A stretch of 64,000 bases of DNA from assembly GCF_021869535.1 (NCBI RefSeq), contig NW_026262712.1:59396001-59460000 (forward strand). The letters run 5' to 3'. The position numbers and the translations under genes are program-made. Under the pieces are notes generated by a model, which was not told the origin of the DNA, ran no database searches, and saw only the letters and a list, made by a program, of their open reading frames with translations. The DNA is from Mytilus californianus. Its lineage: Eukaryota. Positions 1 through 13,875 of this stretch are shown here, one piece after another (the stretch's first letter is position 1; each line of letters opens with the position of its first letter).

Positions 1-3000
1 TAGTGTAACTGCACAACATACAAACTATAAAAATCAGTTAAAAATAGCTTAACTCGTTAAATCGGTACAACGCAGAAAACATCAAACAAAACAAATACCG
101 GGCGTGACATGTTTATCTTGTTTTTATTTCTGCGTTTGTAACTGTCTCATTTACGAATTACCTATAATCACCTTATTGAATTTTTTGTTTTGTATTGACA
201 TCGACGACACTTACAACACTAAAATTGATAAATAGGCATTTCAGAGGAACAAGATGTATTGACCTTTTCATAAACGGTGACAACAAGAAATGACAATATA
301 GAAAAGTAATGCATTAGTTTTCAACGGTTGATAAGGATCTATTCAAGGAGGAATAACACATTAAGTATGAAGCATGGAATTTCGTTTTGCTTAATGATAT
401 GCACCGACATTTATTTTGTTATTACTTACATGACTTTAAATTTACAAAATATGCCATTAATTTTACAATCAATATGATTTAAAATATACTTTCATGACAA
501 AATGAAAACTCAGCTGTTTTTCAATTTGTATACACGACTATGACGCAATGAAATTATATATTGCAAACCACAATTTGAAGAATACATTATGTATCTTGCT
601 TTGCGGCTAAAGGTCATTTAATGGGTAATGTCCCAATACACGAGTCATAAATTTTAATGAGTAGAACATGCACGTCTCATTATGTATATCCTGGTTTGAT
701 TACAAAATCCAATCTTAACAATCATATGTGTTATGTAACATGTCCAGATACAATTAAAAACTACATAAATAATGAGATTGTCAAAGGTAAAAACGATTTG
801 CAACTGCAAATATTTTGTAAATATTTATCACCGAGACGCAAGATAAAGGTATACACTTAAGAGGGGAAAAAGTATGGACATAGAGGCGATACAAGCATTC
901 TTTGTCTTTTAATTTTAAAAGATAATGTAAGTATACAGCCGGCAAACATTGTATCATTTTATCTCGATATTAAAAATTCCAAATGTGTTTCCACCAGCTG
1001 ATAGCTGACGTAAAACCCTACTGGATAACTTTATGTATTAGTTACTCATTTTTAGGGAGGTTTATTTAAAATTTTATGACGTCATTTCAGCTGCTGATTT
1101 TTTTCTTTTTTAATTTCAGTATATTTAGCACGTGTAACCACAGACCAGATGAACATTACTTGTTCAGATGTACCGAGTTAAAAACAAGGAGCGTCATATG
1201 AACGCAAAAGATGTCGATAACCTGGTTCCGTTGAAGATAGTTCATTATAAGCTATTATAGTGAATCTGTTCATATTGAATACGTTTCGCTTGTTGATTTT
1301 CAATTATCGAAGATACATGTACATTTCAATGTTCTCTTAAAAGTTTCTTTTGTGTTGTATTTCAGAATGTGAGTTTTTTTTTTTTACTGTAATTTTAAAT
1401 TCATATTGATTTTATAGTATTATTTTTTATTTATGAGTTCCTTTTCTTAAAAGTGTTGACTTGGCTTCTTAATGGTGTCGTTCAGACACAATATATACAC
1501 ATAATGGCGATGACATAAAACAAAGTATGGTAATTAAAAACGATTAGTAAAAATTCTTTACCTGATCAGCAGTATATATAAATGTATAGAAATAATTTTT
1601 GTCAGGAAAAAAGCTACGTTTGTCTTTTAAAGAATAAAACAATGATTTCATTTCAATTATAGCATGTATTTATTATCTTGTTATTCCTATTGTAGAATGT
1701 TCGTAAGTGCTTCAGTCCATAGAAAATTTCAGATTCAAGAATTTTAAAATGTACTTGGTTCTTATTTATATTTTAGCATTGATCATGACATTTCACCTTT
1801 TTTTAATTCAAAATACAATTTAATCAGTCAGAAGTTGAACAACCGCATATAATAGCTTAACCCAAACGATAGGCCAGAGTCCAAAATAAGTACGATTTCT
1901 TCAATGTAACAGATATCGAAATCCTGGGTCCTTTTTTACATGGCAACATGATACGACCAAATTTCTCATTAGGCACGCAAATTGATGATGTTAGATTGGG
2001 TAGTTAATGAAGATCATTGGCGTATTGCGTTTTATGTCCATATTTTTTTAATAACGTTTCTTTTGATTAACAAACGTCCTGTCCACGGCAGGTCCAGCAA
2101 TTAAACAGTCAACTCCGACCGGTTTACTGGTCAGTATACTTAGATCAGATGAATGTTTCATCAGCAATTGACAATACATAATCACATGTAAAAGAGTCAC
2201 TTAGTAATCGCAAAACTGCAAACTTCAAAATGTAAATTAAGAAAACCGTTAACGTCGGTGCTATGACATAGTTATGAAAATGTAATTTAAGGTTTATGTT
2301 TGACTTAAAATACATTTTTTTTTATTGGTTGAGAAGATAACAATCCTGGTTAATCTCCATATATTGTTGATTCATTTTTATTCGTGGTATATCAATTTCC
2401 CTGGATTTCGTGGGTATCAGCAAACCACGAATTTAAGAGTTCCACGAAGAATAATCCCGAAACGTGTGTATTGAGTGGGATGTCTATTTCCAGTTATATT
2501 GTGTAATTCTAGTATGGTGCTGACTTGCGATGAACATGGTAACATTAAACGTGTTTCTGAAATAAAATATAAAAGTATTTTGATTAAGTGAATAATAAAA
2601 TCTTTAGAATATTAATGAGAAATTACTTTTTTGAATTGATTAAAATTGTTCATGGGAAATATACGCAAGTTGTTAATTACCGTGTCATAATTTAGTGATT
2701 ACAAATCAAAAGAATCGGTCATTGCCTGTAGGTAATATTGTTTATGACAGGTCCATCAAATTTCACACCTATGACTTTTAAAAAATTTTTAAAAATAAGG
2801 TAGCTCAAGTAGGACACTCATTGCCTTAGAAATAAAATTTTGGATAAATTGCTGTTAAAGCATTTTTGTTTACCTTATTCTTGCAAAACGACATTTTTTC
2901 GTAAAATGAGACTGGAGGACAAAAATTGCATTTCAAATGATATTCCGATAAATTGTCTTTTTAAGAAAAACTCTATCTTTTTTCGAAATACAATTTTCTT

Positions 3001-4020
3001 TAGAAAATGTTGAAACGTGGAGCTTGGAGAAAACAAATCGATTCTCAGATCATAATTCAGTTTACTTTCGTTGAAGTATGTTTGTTTCTTTATCCGGGAC
3101 AACAACGACATTGGGCTGTAAACATCAAATAGTGTTTCTTACTTCTGATTATTTGCTATTTTCTTCTTATTATATCGTGATTAAGGACACTAACTTTCAA
3201 TCAGTTGAACATCAAGGAGATTGTGATACCTTTTAAAATTCCGACTAGAAATTATAAATTGTAAAACAAACTGAAATAATAAGCTGCCTTTGTCCACGCT
3301 TGTATCGAAGTTATAGATGAACACTTTACTCTAGAATGATGACGAGAGGATTTTGACAGTTTAAAACATTTTCAATGAGTTTCTATCTTTTGTTTTATTA
3401 TTATTACAACGGCGATCCCCTAATTTTGCGAATCTGAAACATTTATTCTTCATTTTTGAAACAGCTATCCACCAAATAATATATCCTACGAAATGTCTTT
3501 TTTTCACAATCCACCAAAATCGATATCCACGAAAATAATTGAATCCACTGTAATTAAAAATAACCCCCGCAAAAAGTTTCTGAAAAGACAAAATTAGCTT
3601 TAACAATTAGACCAAAGGTCCTAGACCCATGGTTTGTTTAGCAAGGACACCGGGGACCAATGACCTTGACAAAGTTCATAAGGTCAAAGGTCAATGTCAT
3701 GTCCTAGAATATGAATTAATGTTTTTGACCATATTTTTAGGGTTGTATGTGTGTTTAATGCTTTTCAATGCATTTGACATCTATTTAAACATATTTTTAA
3801 CATTACAAAAAGGAAAGACCTCATAATTGTTCACGAACAATTCACATTTTAATTTTTTAAGTAGTTTCAAATTGTATCAGGACATGTTACAAAGCACTTA
3901 TTTGTTGTTGAAATTAAATTTAGTAAACACTACAAAAGATTGCATTTACTGATCACTAAAATTTCTAAATCGTGTATTGGTCATCAAATATGGCTTTCTT
4001 TAGTCGAGTAATGCCTTTCC

Positions 4021-4380
4021 TCGTCGGCGTTATCTAGGCTTGTAACACAGTTTATGATGTATAGTGGCAAGTAGATGGTACACCTTGCAGGCAAGCTGTT
4101 ATTTTTTTTCTCTCTGTCATATAGGATGATAATTTTACTTACCATGCCGTCACATCACATTTTTATTTTATTATATACGTCTTATTATACAATTTTACGA
4201 CAGACGTTCTCCATTAGGATAATCTGTGGTGTTACAGTGCTAACACCATAACGCATATATACTTCGTCTCAGATTAAGCCCAACAATGTTAGATCTGTAC
4301 ATTTGCTAATCACATTTTTGTTCTACACTCAGCGGGGTTCGAACCCCTGCATCCGAAACATCCTGACAACACTTCCGTTT
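4021..4380 (-). mobile_element. tRNA-derived SINE insertion flanked by an 18-bp direct repeat (probable TSD)
   Basis: gtcgagtaatgcctttcc occurs at 4003-4020 and 4381-4398. A B-box-like GGTTCGAACCC lies near 4335-4347, and the body resembles the SINE at 17690-17795. Confidence 0.6.
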
Positions 4381-5863
4381 GTCGAGTAATGCCTTTCCCT
4401 CAGCTGTATATTTATTATATGCAATACAATATAAAAATAATAAAAGACAAACAAGAGTATACCACATCCAACATAAACTTATCCATTATAAACGGGCTCT
4501 CCATCGATAAAAGGTTATGGTGAATTATCTTCAACTGACCCAGGGTGTCGATATTTGATGAATTCACGTGACGTTTCATATATTTAATTCGGTATATAAG
4601 TAATGCTCTGGTGGTCTGTAGTTTCACGTTAAAAATATACTGTTATTCGGGAGAGAGACAAAAAAAAACACAAGCTGTAATAACGTCATCAAGGTTAAAA
4701 TAAACACCAAAATAAAACGTCACTAGTACAAACTTTTTCAAAATTTTCCATAGGCGGTTAAACTCAGCTGGCAGATGCAAATATGCAATTTTAAAATAAT
4801 AATCCCCTTATGTGCGTTCCACTGGCATGCGTCTCAGTGATACATAGGTACGAAATGCTGTTGTAAACTTGTGTTAACTTTTATTCATGCGATAGCAAAG
4901 TAAGTGTTGTAGCTTTTTTTTAGCATAACGAGATTCCGCACTATATGTATTATGTACAATGCCATTAGCATTTAGCATTATTTCTAATTGTAAAATAAAT
5001 TAACATACCATTTTTTAATAATATTCATGATAACGAGAAATTATCGATGTTTTGGTTATTTTAAAATCAATTCTAAGATGCATTTCAAACCTTAAAGAAA
5101 GAGCGATCTGCAAAGACCACTAGAATTTAAAAGTCAAATTTGCTTAGCAGAATTGCAATGACCGTAATTGCTGCCCTAGTAGAAACTGCAATTTATTCAC
5201 TTATTTAGTGATGAGGCACGTGCTACAAGTACTTATCGAATATTATGCTTTTGAGCTTTGTCCGCCTGCAAAAGTATCGATATTTGACATTATATAGAGT
5301 GCTTATGAAATATTAAGGAATTGAATTTCCTATTTGAAATATCTCGCATTGATACACGTCAGCCTTATTTAACCTAATTTTGACTTGACTTACTTTTATC
5401 AATGTACGGTATGTTTTAATATAAAATATGTTAAAGCAGCTCGGAAAGAAACCAACTAAAACAGTCAGCTTGATTTCGTAGATTTGATATACAAATGAGA
5501 TTTACAGTTATTTGCTTTCAAGGAATTCAATTAATGTATATAATGCAAAAAAATTGTAGATTGAAAAATATGGACATTTTAAGACTGATGCAAACTACAA
5601 AAATATTATAAAAAAGAAATTAGGACGTACGGTAAACGCGGACAGACGATAAAAAATTAGTCGCGGTACCCTTTCAGAAGCCACAGTTATGACAAAGAAG
5701 TAATTAGTTGTATTTATACAAGGGTCTTACAATTACTAATTACACTCGTTTAGCATTGTCATCTTGATTTTAAAAACTCATTACCTTGTTTTCAAATAAC
5801 AAAATATCAGTGACAACATATCTTAGAAATGTGTATATCTATTGTAGAGAACTGAAAAGAAGA

Positions 5864-5915
5864 ATGAAAGTTTTCCTTTATCTAGTTGTTTGTCTGTTGT
5901 TAGTGTCCATGGGAG
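5864..5915 (+). CDS. Signal-peptide-like coding exon (MKVFLYLVVCLLLVSMG + phase-1 intron); rest of gene not resolved
   Basis: Acceptor tctattgtag ends at 5847, ATG is at 5864, the MK-hydrophobic stretch ends G|GTAAG (donor 5916). A possible next exon at 6207 gives only 12 codons then TAA. Confidence 0.45.
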
Positions 5916-7431
5916 GTAAGAAAATCAAAACCTTTTTTTAAATTTAACATTTGATTGTAATTTGTAAATGTGTTTTTCTCTCTCGGAAATATCCTTATAC
6001 ACAGTAAAAAAAAACAGATTGAATATAACATATATAAATGGCTGCTGGTGATTTTTTTTAGTATTCCACTGACAGGAATAAAGTTCTGTATTGACATTTT
6101 TTTGTCTTCTTTTGTTTTTACATTTGAATTCTATACCGTATGTTTTTTTCTGATATGTATGTCAAAATTTTAATTTGTTATTATTTTTTTTCGTCGATTT
6201 CTACAGGAATAATTTTGAATATGAATGAAATATACAATGGGTAATAAGCATATGTAACAGCAATCAAACCAAACAATAGAACAACATCCAGTGATAAATG
6301 TGACCATGCTAATGTTTATTCTGTTAAAATCATTCTCAACGTTGTAATTTAAAGCATAATTATTCATTGTATCTTCCTGTATGTACCTTTGCAAGTCCAT
6401 TGATCGCTAGTACAAGGGGTCGGTTAAAATGAAAACAAAAGTCAAGTTCAACCCCTCCTCTTGGTTTGTCTGTTCCTAGTCACGAACTCACAGTGGTTAT
6501 CACATCTAATTTTTTTATAAACTGAAGACAATTGAGAGCTTCACAGATTGTGAAGAAATCTATCTACTTTTGGAGATTGTATGCTTAGTTCTAGAGGTCA
6601 TTATATGCTCTTGTGTCATCGGGATGATGTATTATTGACGCATAGACAACACATTCTTCCACGTATGTCTTTCTTTTGATTTTATTTTTTCAAGTAAAGG
6701 GATACGAGGATGAGGGGGTGGGAATGAATGAAACCAATACAAAAGGGGGACTGTTCCCTCTTACCTTCTAACCAAAAATAGAATAAGATAAGACCATTAC
6801 ACTACACATGTTTGTTTAAAAAAAGCTCACGATAGTGAGTTAGCTTTTATAAATTATCTTTTTTTAAGTCAGAAACTTCTAATGGTCTTTTTAACAAAAC
6901 GCGTAAAATTGATAAAGTAGCAAAACATAATTCTTAAATAAAATAAAAACTATAGGATTATACCAACATGATCAAAAAACAAAAACATACTTTAAACGAA
7001 CTAGTTTTTTGCGAAAAATTTATTTTCGAGACTCTGGCGAGTAGACAAATAATGCAAACATAAGATGTCGCTAATATGTAAAACTTGGATCTTTCCATCA
7101 GGTAAATTTCAAAATCGCTAAACTAAATCGTCGCAATGTGTGTTCGAAAGGGATAAACGCTAAATAAAATGTCCGCGAAAATAAATTGGATTACAGTTTA
7201 TTGAAAAACTGGTGTACAATTATATAGTTAGGCTTCGCGAGTATATTAAGCTCCGTAGTAAGTGTTTTGGGACTGTCATGATTTATAGCATTCCTTAATC
7301 TAATGCATCGTTGATAAATGTATAAACATCTGCTGGAAAAGTTGACCTTTTGAGAACCTGTTTGAACATATAGCTCATCAAGTATTCAAGTGTGTTTATT
7401 TAAATATTTATCATTTGTCGGTTTGACCGTT

Positions 7432-7786
7432 CACTAGTAACTCGAATTTAGCTTGAACGGACAAAAACGCCTTAACGGCATTTTAAAAAGATTAATGAAA
7501 ATTGAATAAAGATTGACAAAAATTATAAATTATTTTTAATGCATTTCAATCCATATCAAATCATTTTAATACCAGTCAAATAGATTTCCTTGCGGTCATT
7601 CAAGTTAATTTGAGATGTGGTTAAACTGCGTCAAACTAATTAGCCACGCCCCCGTTAAACGGAATCAAACTGATGTTAAGTCCTTTTAAACTTTAAAGTG
7701 TCCGCCGTTTTGTAAGGTAAATCACTCAAGCGGTACAGCATCCGCGTGTATCTATCGTTTAACCGTTCCGAGCGTTATCGATTTTA
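7432..7786 (+). repeat. Left arm of long inverted repeat
   Basis: Reverse complement of 20546-20899 along its length. Confidence 0.9.
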
Positions 7787-8399
7787 GTCAGAAAAGTAAA
7801 AATGTACCTCTTACAAATAATCACATTAAAATTAAATAATGACAAATACATATGTAAATAAGTTTTTTATAGTTAATGATGCCAGATTTTTAAAATGCAG
7901 CGAAAAGTATAATTAGTTTGTAAACACGCAGCAGCTCTTGAGATAAAAAAAAGTGACTGTGATAAAAAAAAAATATTTGGCTTGAAATAAAACGAGAATA
8001 CTGGTAGTTATTTAATAGCCAATAAAGGGACCAAAATGAGCATGTTTGATGAATGCCAATGGATATTGTACGCAAACATTAATCTATATGAAGGTATCGT
8101 CTGATCAAAAATGTAATTTCGTCGAGAATATGCAATAATATTTGCCACGGTACGTTAAGCAAATTTAATTGAACCAATTCCGTCCCGAACTTTTAAAAAT
8201 TCACATTAAAACATATCTTTTTTTTTTTGGTCTAATTCGCCTGGAAAATTAAAATTTCGTTTAGCTTAAACAGTTATAAATGCGCCCCGTACTCGTATAC
8301 CGGATACCAAATATACATGAACACTGTTTGTCTTGAGTCTGATAGTGCTCTGCTAGTCATTACTAAATTCATACGTGTAAAACTATACAATTTTACTCA

Positions 8400-8590
8400 T
8401 CTGCCTTCAACACATAGTCTTGGCTAACACCGAACAGCAAGCTATACGGTGCCCCAAAACGACCAGTGTAGAACCATTCAAACGGAAAAACTAATGGACT
8501 ATATATTCGACTTTTGAAAAACATAATCAAACAACAACCACTAAACAGCAGGTTAGGGCAGATGCAAACAAATGCAGCGGAGTTCAAAAG
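8400..8590 (-). mobile_element. PLE/Naiad-type 3' tail fragment with degenerate 3' half of twister motif
   Basis: Minus strand reads AA-CTCC-GCT-GCA-TTTGTT-TGC-AT-CTG-CCCTAA, then a deletion, followed by the tail shared with 43070-43430 and 56780-56975. Confidence 0.55.
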
Positions 8591-9534
8591 CCCAAATACA
8601 CGAATAATTCTCGAGACTTAAGTGACATTGTTTTAATAAGATCAGAACCTTATATGTGTTAATTTTAAAGCAAAAGATATAAGTTTGTAAGAAAAATATT
8701 GACGTACCAATTCTAATAGCTAAGAAAATTTCCTTTTGCTAAACGATGATAACATTTTAACATTTTGGAATACCTTATAATTCATAATCTATTTCTGAAA
8801 CGACTTCTCGCCTTGAACATGGACGTTAAACAACCATTAATCAATCATTCAAATTGTGCTTTAAAAATGAATTAAGCCGCAAGTGTATCCATCAATGAGT
8901 GATGTTGTTTGTTTGTCCATTTAACATATACTGAATTCGTTTTTGTTCAGAATTATATTCCTTAGAAGAGTTCAAGTATGTAAATAAATTTATAGGGTAT
9001 CATGTGCTAGTTGAAATTTTTCAGTGAAATCAGTATTGTGTGTCCAACGTTCTTTCATGCATATCAAATGTTGTATCCACTTTTTGCTGTTCGTAGTCTG
9101 TTAGTCCTCGGTCTCCAAACTTTAGCACACACTTATGTAATGACCAATCTCGAAAGGGGGAACATTTTTTTTTATTAAAAAAAAAACTAAAACAATTTCT
9201 ATATTCTATTATTCAATTAACCGATGTACACCTAAGATTTTCAACTATAGATGTTGAATTAAAAAAAACAATATTAAGTCCCAATGTATTTTTATGGCAA
9301 ACATATCTAAAGGGTTATTTTCTCATGCAAAATAATTATTTTTTCATTTTTTCAAGATAATAGTGTTACCAGATATGTTCTTTGACACGTGTCTTACGGG
9401 TCACCGATTTTCGGCAAAATCAAAGAAAATCAGCAAGTGCCTAAACATTAGTTTTAAGAATGTTGATGCTGTATTAATATATGGAACATGTCTTCATACC
9501 AAAATATAGTACTCACATTTAATTTTCTTGTAAA

Positions 9535-9682
9535 TGAAATTGGGAATGAATATGGGGATAATGGACGTCATACTCAACTCCGAAATATATAAAAGAAACT
9601 AAACTTAAAAGTATACAAGACTAACAAAGGCCAGAGGCTCCTGAATTGTGACAGGCGCAAAAATGCGGCGAGGTTAAACATA
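9535..9682 (-). mobile_element. PLE/Naiad-type 3' tail with 5'-truncated, mutated twister motif
   Basis: Homologous to 52030-52325. Minus strand reads tgtttAA-CCTC-GCC-GCA-TTTT-TGC-GC-CTG-TCACAATT-CAGG-AG-CCTCTGGCC. Confidence 0.75.
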
Positions 9683-10323
9683 TTCATTTTTTTTTTCGAA
9701 TTGTCTTTTTTTGTGAAATTATTCAGCAACAAATTAATCTATTTATTTTTAATACAATGAAACAAGATTTTTTTTAACGAAATGAAGTATGTTTTCGTCC
9801 CTTATATTTAAAGGAAATAAACAATTTGTCAAAAAAAAAAAAAAAAAAAACTCCGCCCATCCTTCTCTTCACCCCCCCCCCCCTCCCTTCACCCCCCCCC
9901 CCCCCCCCTCCCCTTAAATCCAGAAAAGAATGAATTGACATTTTATTAACAATAAATGTAAAATCATAGATAAACTGCTATTTTATTCTTATTAAGATCT
10001 ACATTTTAACAGATTCGGGGACTAATATTTCTCTAAAAGCCCATGCATACACTAATATTTGTGTGTTTTTTGTTTCAAGTTGTTTCAATTATCATTTACA
10101 TGTATGAGGCTATAAATGGGACCACCATTTATAAGTATATGACTTGGGTTTACAGATTTGAGAATTATGGGGAAACTAAGTTAATAAGAAGCGAGGCAAA
10201 AAAACCACTAGATAACAGAATATAGAGGTGGTGTAACCCGAATAATTCAGTCGTTATATTCCGCTGATCTACGATTACTATATAAATTCACAATTTTATG
10301 AATGTTGACATTGATAGAAATAG

Positions 10324-11475
10324 TTTTTATACGCCCGTCAATTTTTGACAGGACGTTTTATGGTATACAAACGTCCGGTGTCCGTCCGTCCGTCCGTCCG
10401 TCTGTCTGTCCGGCATATACATGTCGCACCGTAACATCAGAACGACTTATCCAAATTTTATGAAACTTAACATAGTTGTTTCTTATGATGGTCAAACGAT
10501 CTGTATACTTTTTGGTGAAAATAAGATTAAAACTTTTTGAGTTACGGGACTTAGTAACTTAAACAGGTGTGTGTTTTTTTTTTTTCATATGTCGCGCCGT
10601 ATCTCAAAACAGTTTATGATTATTGCTTAAAACTTTACACACTTCTTAGTTATATTAATATTAAGATCTGTAGACTTTTTGGTGATGATTCAAAATTTTA
10701 TTTTTGAGTTATTGAGTATTTTGTAAAAAAAAAAGGGGGAGGGGTTTTTCACATGTCGAGCCGTATCTCATAAACGATTTATGATTATTGCTTAAAATTT
10801 TACACACTTCTTAGTTATATTAATCTAAAGATCTGTATACTTTTTGGTTTTGATTCAAAAGTTTATTTTTGAGATATTGATTTATTTTCCTTTTAAAGGG
10901 GGGTTTTCACATGTCGCGCCGTATCTCAAAAACGATTTATGATTATTGCTTAAAATTTTACACACTTCTTAGTTATATTAATCTAAAGATCTGTATACTT
11001 TTTGGTTTTGATTCAAATGTTTATTTTTGAGATATTGATTTATTTTCCTTTTAAAGGGGGGTTTTCACATGTCGCGCCGTATCTCAAAAACGATTTATGA
11101 TTATTGCTTAAAATTTTACACACTTCTTAGTTATATTAATCTAAAGATCTGTATACTTTTTGGTTTTGATTCAAAAGTTTATTTTTGAGATATTGATTTA
11201 TTTTCCTTTTAAGGGGGGTTTTCACATGTCGCGCCGTATCTCAAAAACGATTTATGATTATTGCTTAAAATTTTACACACTTCTTAGTTATATTAATCTA
11301 TAGATCTGTATACTTTTTGGTTTTGATTCAAAATTTTATTTTAGAGATATTGAGTTTTTTGTAAAAAAAGGGGGTTTTCGCATGTCAGGCCGTATGTCAG
11401 AAACTATTTATGATTATTGAATAACAATTCACACACAAGACGACGGGCGTATCATGCGCTCATGGCGTAGCTATT
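10324..11475 (+). mobile_element. DINE-1/Helentron-like (HINE) non-autonomous element with internal satellite-like array
   Basis: Subterminal inverted repeat atacgcccgtc (~10329) / gacgggcgtat (~11442), a (GTCC)n microsatellite at ~10380-10410, a short GC-rich palindrome-like motif and a T-rich end after the 3' subTIR. Confidence 0.75.
10586..11435 (+). repeat. Tandem repeat, ~158-bp unit, ~5.3 copies
   Basis: Unit starts (ca(c/t)atgtcg) at 10586, 10750, 10908, 11066, 11223, 11379, giving periods 164, 158, 158, 157, 156. Confidence 0.95.
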
Positions 11476-12304
11476 TATTTGAAAATATTTTATCGAACTT
11501 TAATATCGTAATCTGTAAAGTTCAACGAGACTTTTTGTACCTTTGTGCATGAACTGTCTCGGATATAACGATAACGCAAATCACGTGTATTAAACATGGT
11601 ATAGGCCCAGGAGGATATCATTTCATTGTCACTTCCTAATATCCAATCCACAGACACGAGTCACACGACATCCCCGTATCTTCTAATTTTACTAGTATAC
11701 GAATTACCAACAAATTTGGCAATTACCAGTTGTTGACGCTAGTAAGAAAATGAATAGTTAAGTTCGAATTATTATTATTTCAAATGTCAAAAACACTTTA
11801 AGTATTATAACAAATCATCTAAAAATCAAACTAAATAAGAAGTATCACAGCTCAGATCGGCCAATGTCACTCATTAGGACTTATAACTAATTGAAATACT
11901 GACACATTGCTTATAGTTTGCCTAACGCTAATTCGAATCGTAAGATATTACTGATTTAAAAACTTGTAGTATCAAAATTGAATTGCATAAATTAAAAAGA
12001 AATACATTGTGTATCTAAAGTATTTTCATCAGCTTTCCGGATGACCCTAATAATATTTACCTTTCAAATGATTTTTTTACAGAAGGTTATATATCTTCTC
12101 TCTGGTCAGTAAATTGCCCTAAAGCTAAAAGTCACCGTCAGATGTATAGTAGAAGACAAAAAACGCTTAGTTGTTAATTTCTGTGTTATTTGGTCTCTTG
12201 ACGAGAGATTATACCACATCTCCTTATTTTTTTAGATTTGTTTGTGTTCAATGTGCAAACAATGCGAAAACATATTATATAGTATCTTTAAAATGAAACG
12301 GTGT

Positions 12305-13875
12305 GTAGAAATACCGCAAAGGACTTCTTAGTGCACTAAGGACACAAAAACGGTGTTTAAAGATCTCAAAGAACATGGATATAAGTATATAACTCATAAA
12401 TATAAAGTTTGGTACATGTATCAATAGATATTGTAATTTTGAAGTAAAATGACTTTTTAATCAGCGCGTGCCACTCGGCACGTGACCAACGGCTTATTGC
12501 AAATTCCCAATCATCAAGTTCAATCAACCATATCCAAATAACAATCGTCTTTTGATCGTTACTAATTGATTAATTAATGATAGTTGTTGAATAAACCTAA
12601 CGGTTTAGGATGTTATAATTTCAAGCTGATGAAAGAAAAATTAAAAACTGAATTTTATGTTTACTTTGCCTTTGTTTTATTTTGTTTTGAAGGAAATTGC
12701 TTTAGTAAACTTTTTTTTTTTTTAAAGAAACCTGTTTTGAGATAGAAATTGAGAAAAAAAAATGCTTCTGAGATTTCATTTCCACATTTACAACTCTATA
12801 GTTTACATACAATCATTATACCTTGAAAGACATTTGAGAGTAAAACATATTCTTCAAAACCCGATTATAGAAGTGATATAGAAAGACTTCAAGAGGTTAA
12901 TATTATTTTCAAAAAGAGAATAATCATATTAAATTGTCTTCTATGAAAGTTACCTTTATTACGGATGTCATTGTTTTTTTTTTATTGTCATTCTCCGCCA
13001 TATGTGTATTTTGTATAATTATAAAATTCAATTATGTTATTAATATAACACTGATGCATTTAAAAAATAATGTAAACCATATATTCTTGCTCCTAAATAA
13101 AACTCTTATAATCTTATCCTTAGTAAATCTAGTATGTGTACCCATTAAAAGTATTTCGGTTGAACAAAATTATCGTTCTATAACTAACATTTGGCCCAGT
13201 GATTTCAGAGGAGAAGATTTTTTGTAAAAGCTAACGACGACGGACGCAAGATGAGCTAAAAATAAGAGTAGAAAATACGATATTACATAGAAGTAAAAAA
13301 TATAACAGACAGAAATACAAAAAGCACCATATAACTGCATTTATCATGTTTATAAAATATTTCAGGTCTGCAAAAACATCACTATCAATCAAGCATATAA
13401 AAAAACAATTTCTTCTACTTAGAATATTACAGCAGGTCTTGTCAACCACACCAAAAACAGTACTTTTAAAAAGATGTATAAACTTATCATCATCAGATAG
13501 AATATTAAAATCACCATTACTTCTTTTAACTTCATAAAATAAATTTTCACGTAAATCTTCATATAAAGAACAGTCTAATATAATATGTTTCTCATCTTCA
13601 ATTTTACATGTTTAATCAGTATACAAAGTGGATTCTAAACGGTCAAGGTTTTTCGAATTTCGGGATGTCGAGATTTAACATTTTTTAAATTCGGGACTTC
13701 GGGATTTCATGTTTTTAAGCCCGGGATTTCGGGATCAGGACCCCTCCAATAATGTATTTTTACAAAGTCTATTTCTATATGCCATGTCCTTTGTGAAAGT
13801 TGTATCATTCCATCAGGTCCTTAGTGCACATTTTTCTTCTTAGTGTACGAAGGAGGTCCTTTGCGGTATTTCTAC
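12305..13875. mobile_element. Non-autonomous TIR element (~1.57 kb), superfamily unresolved
   Basis: TIR gtagaaataccgcaaaggac at 12305 and its reverse complement ending at 13875, with subterminal cttagtgcac motifs. No clear TSD. Confidence 0.6.

Noticed and set aside
1120-1200. CNHRPDEHYLFRC as a LINE-type zinc knuckle
   Set aside because: Too short and isolated, with no RT nearby in frame.
10586-11435. CRISPR-like array
   Set aside because: Whole units repeat with no unique spacers, there are no cas genes, and the context is eukaryotic.
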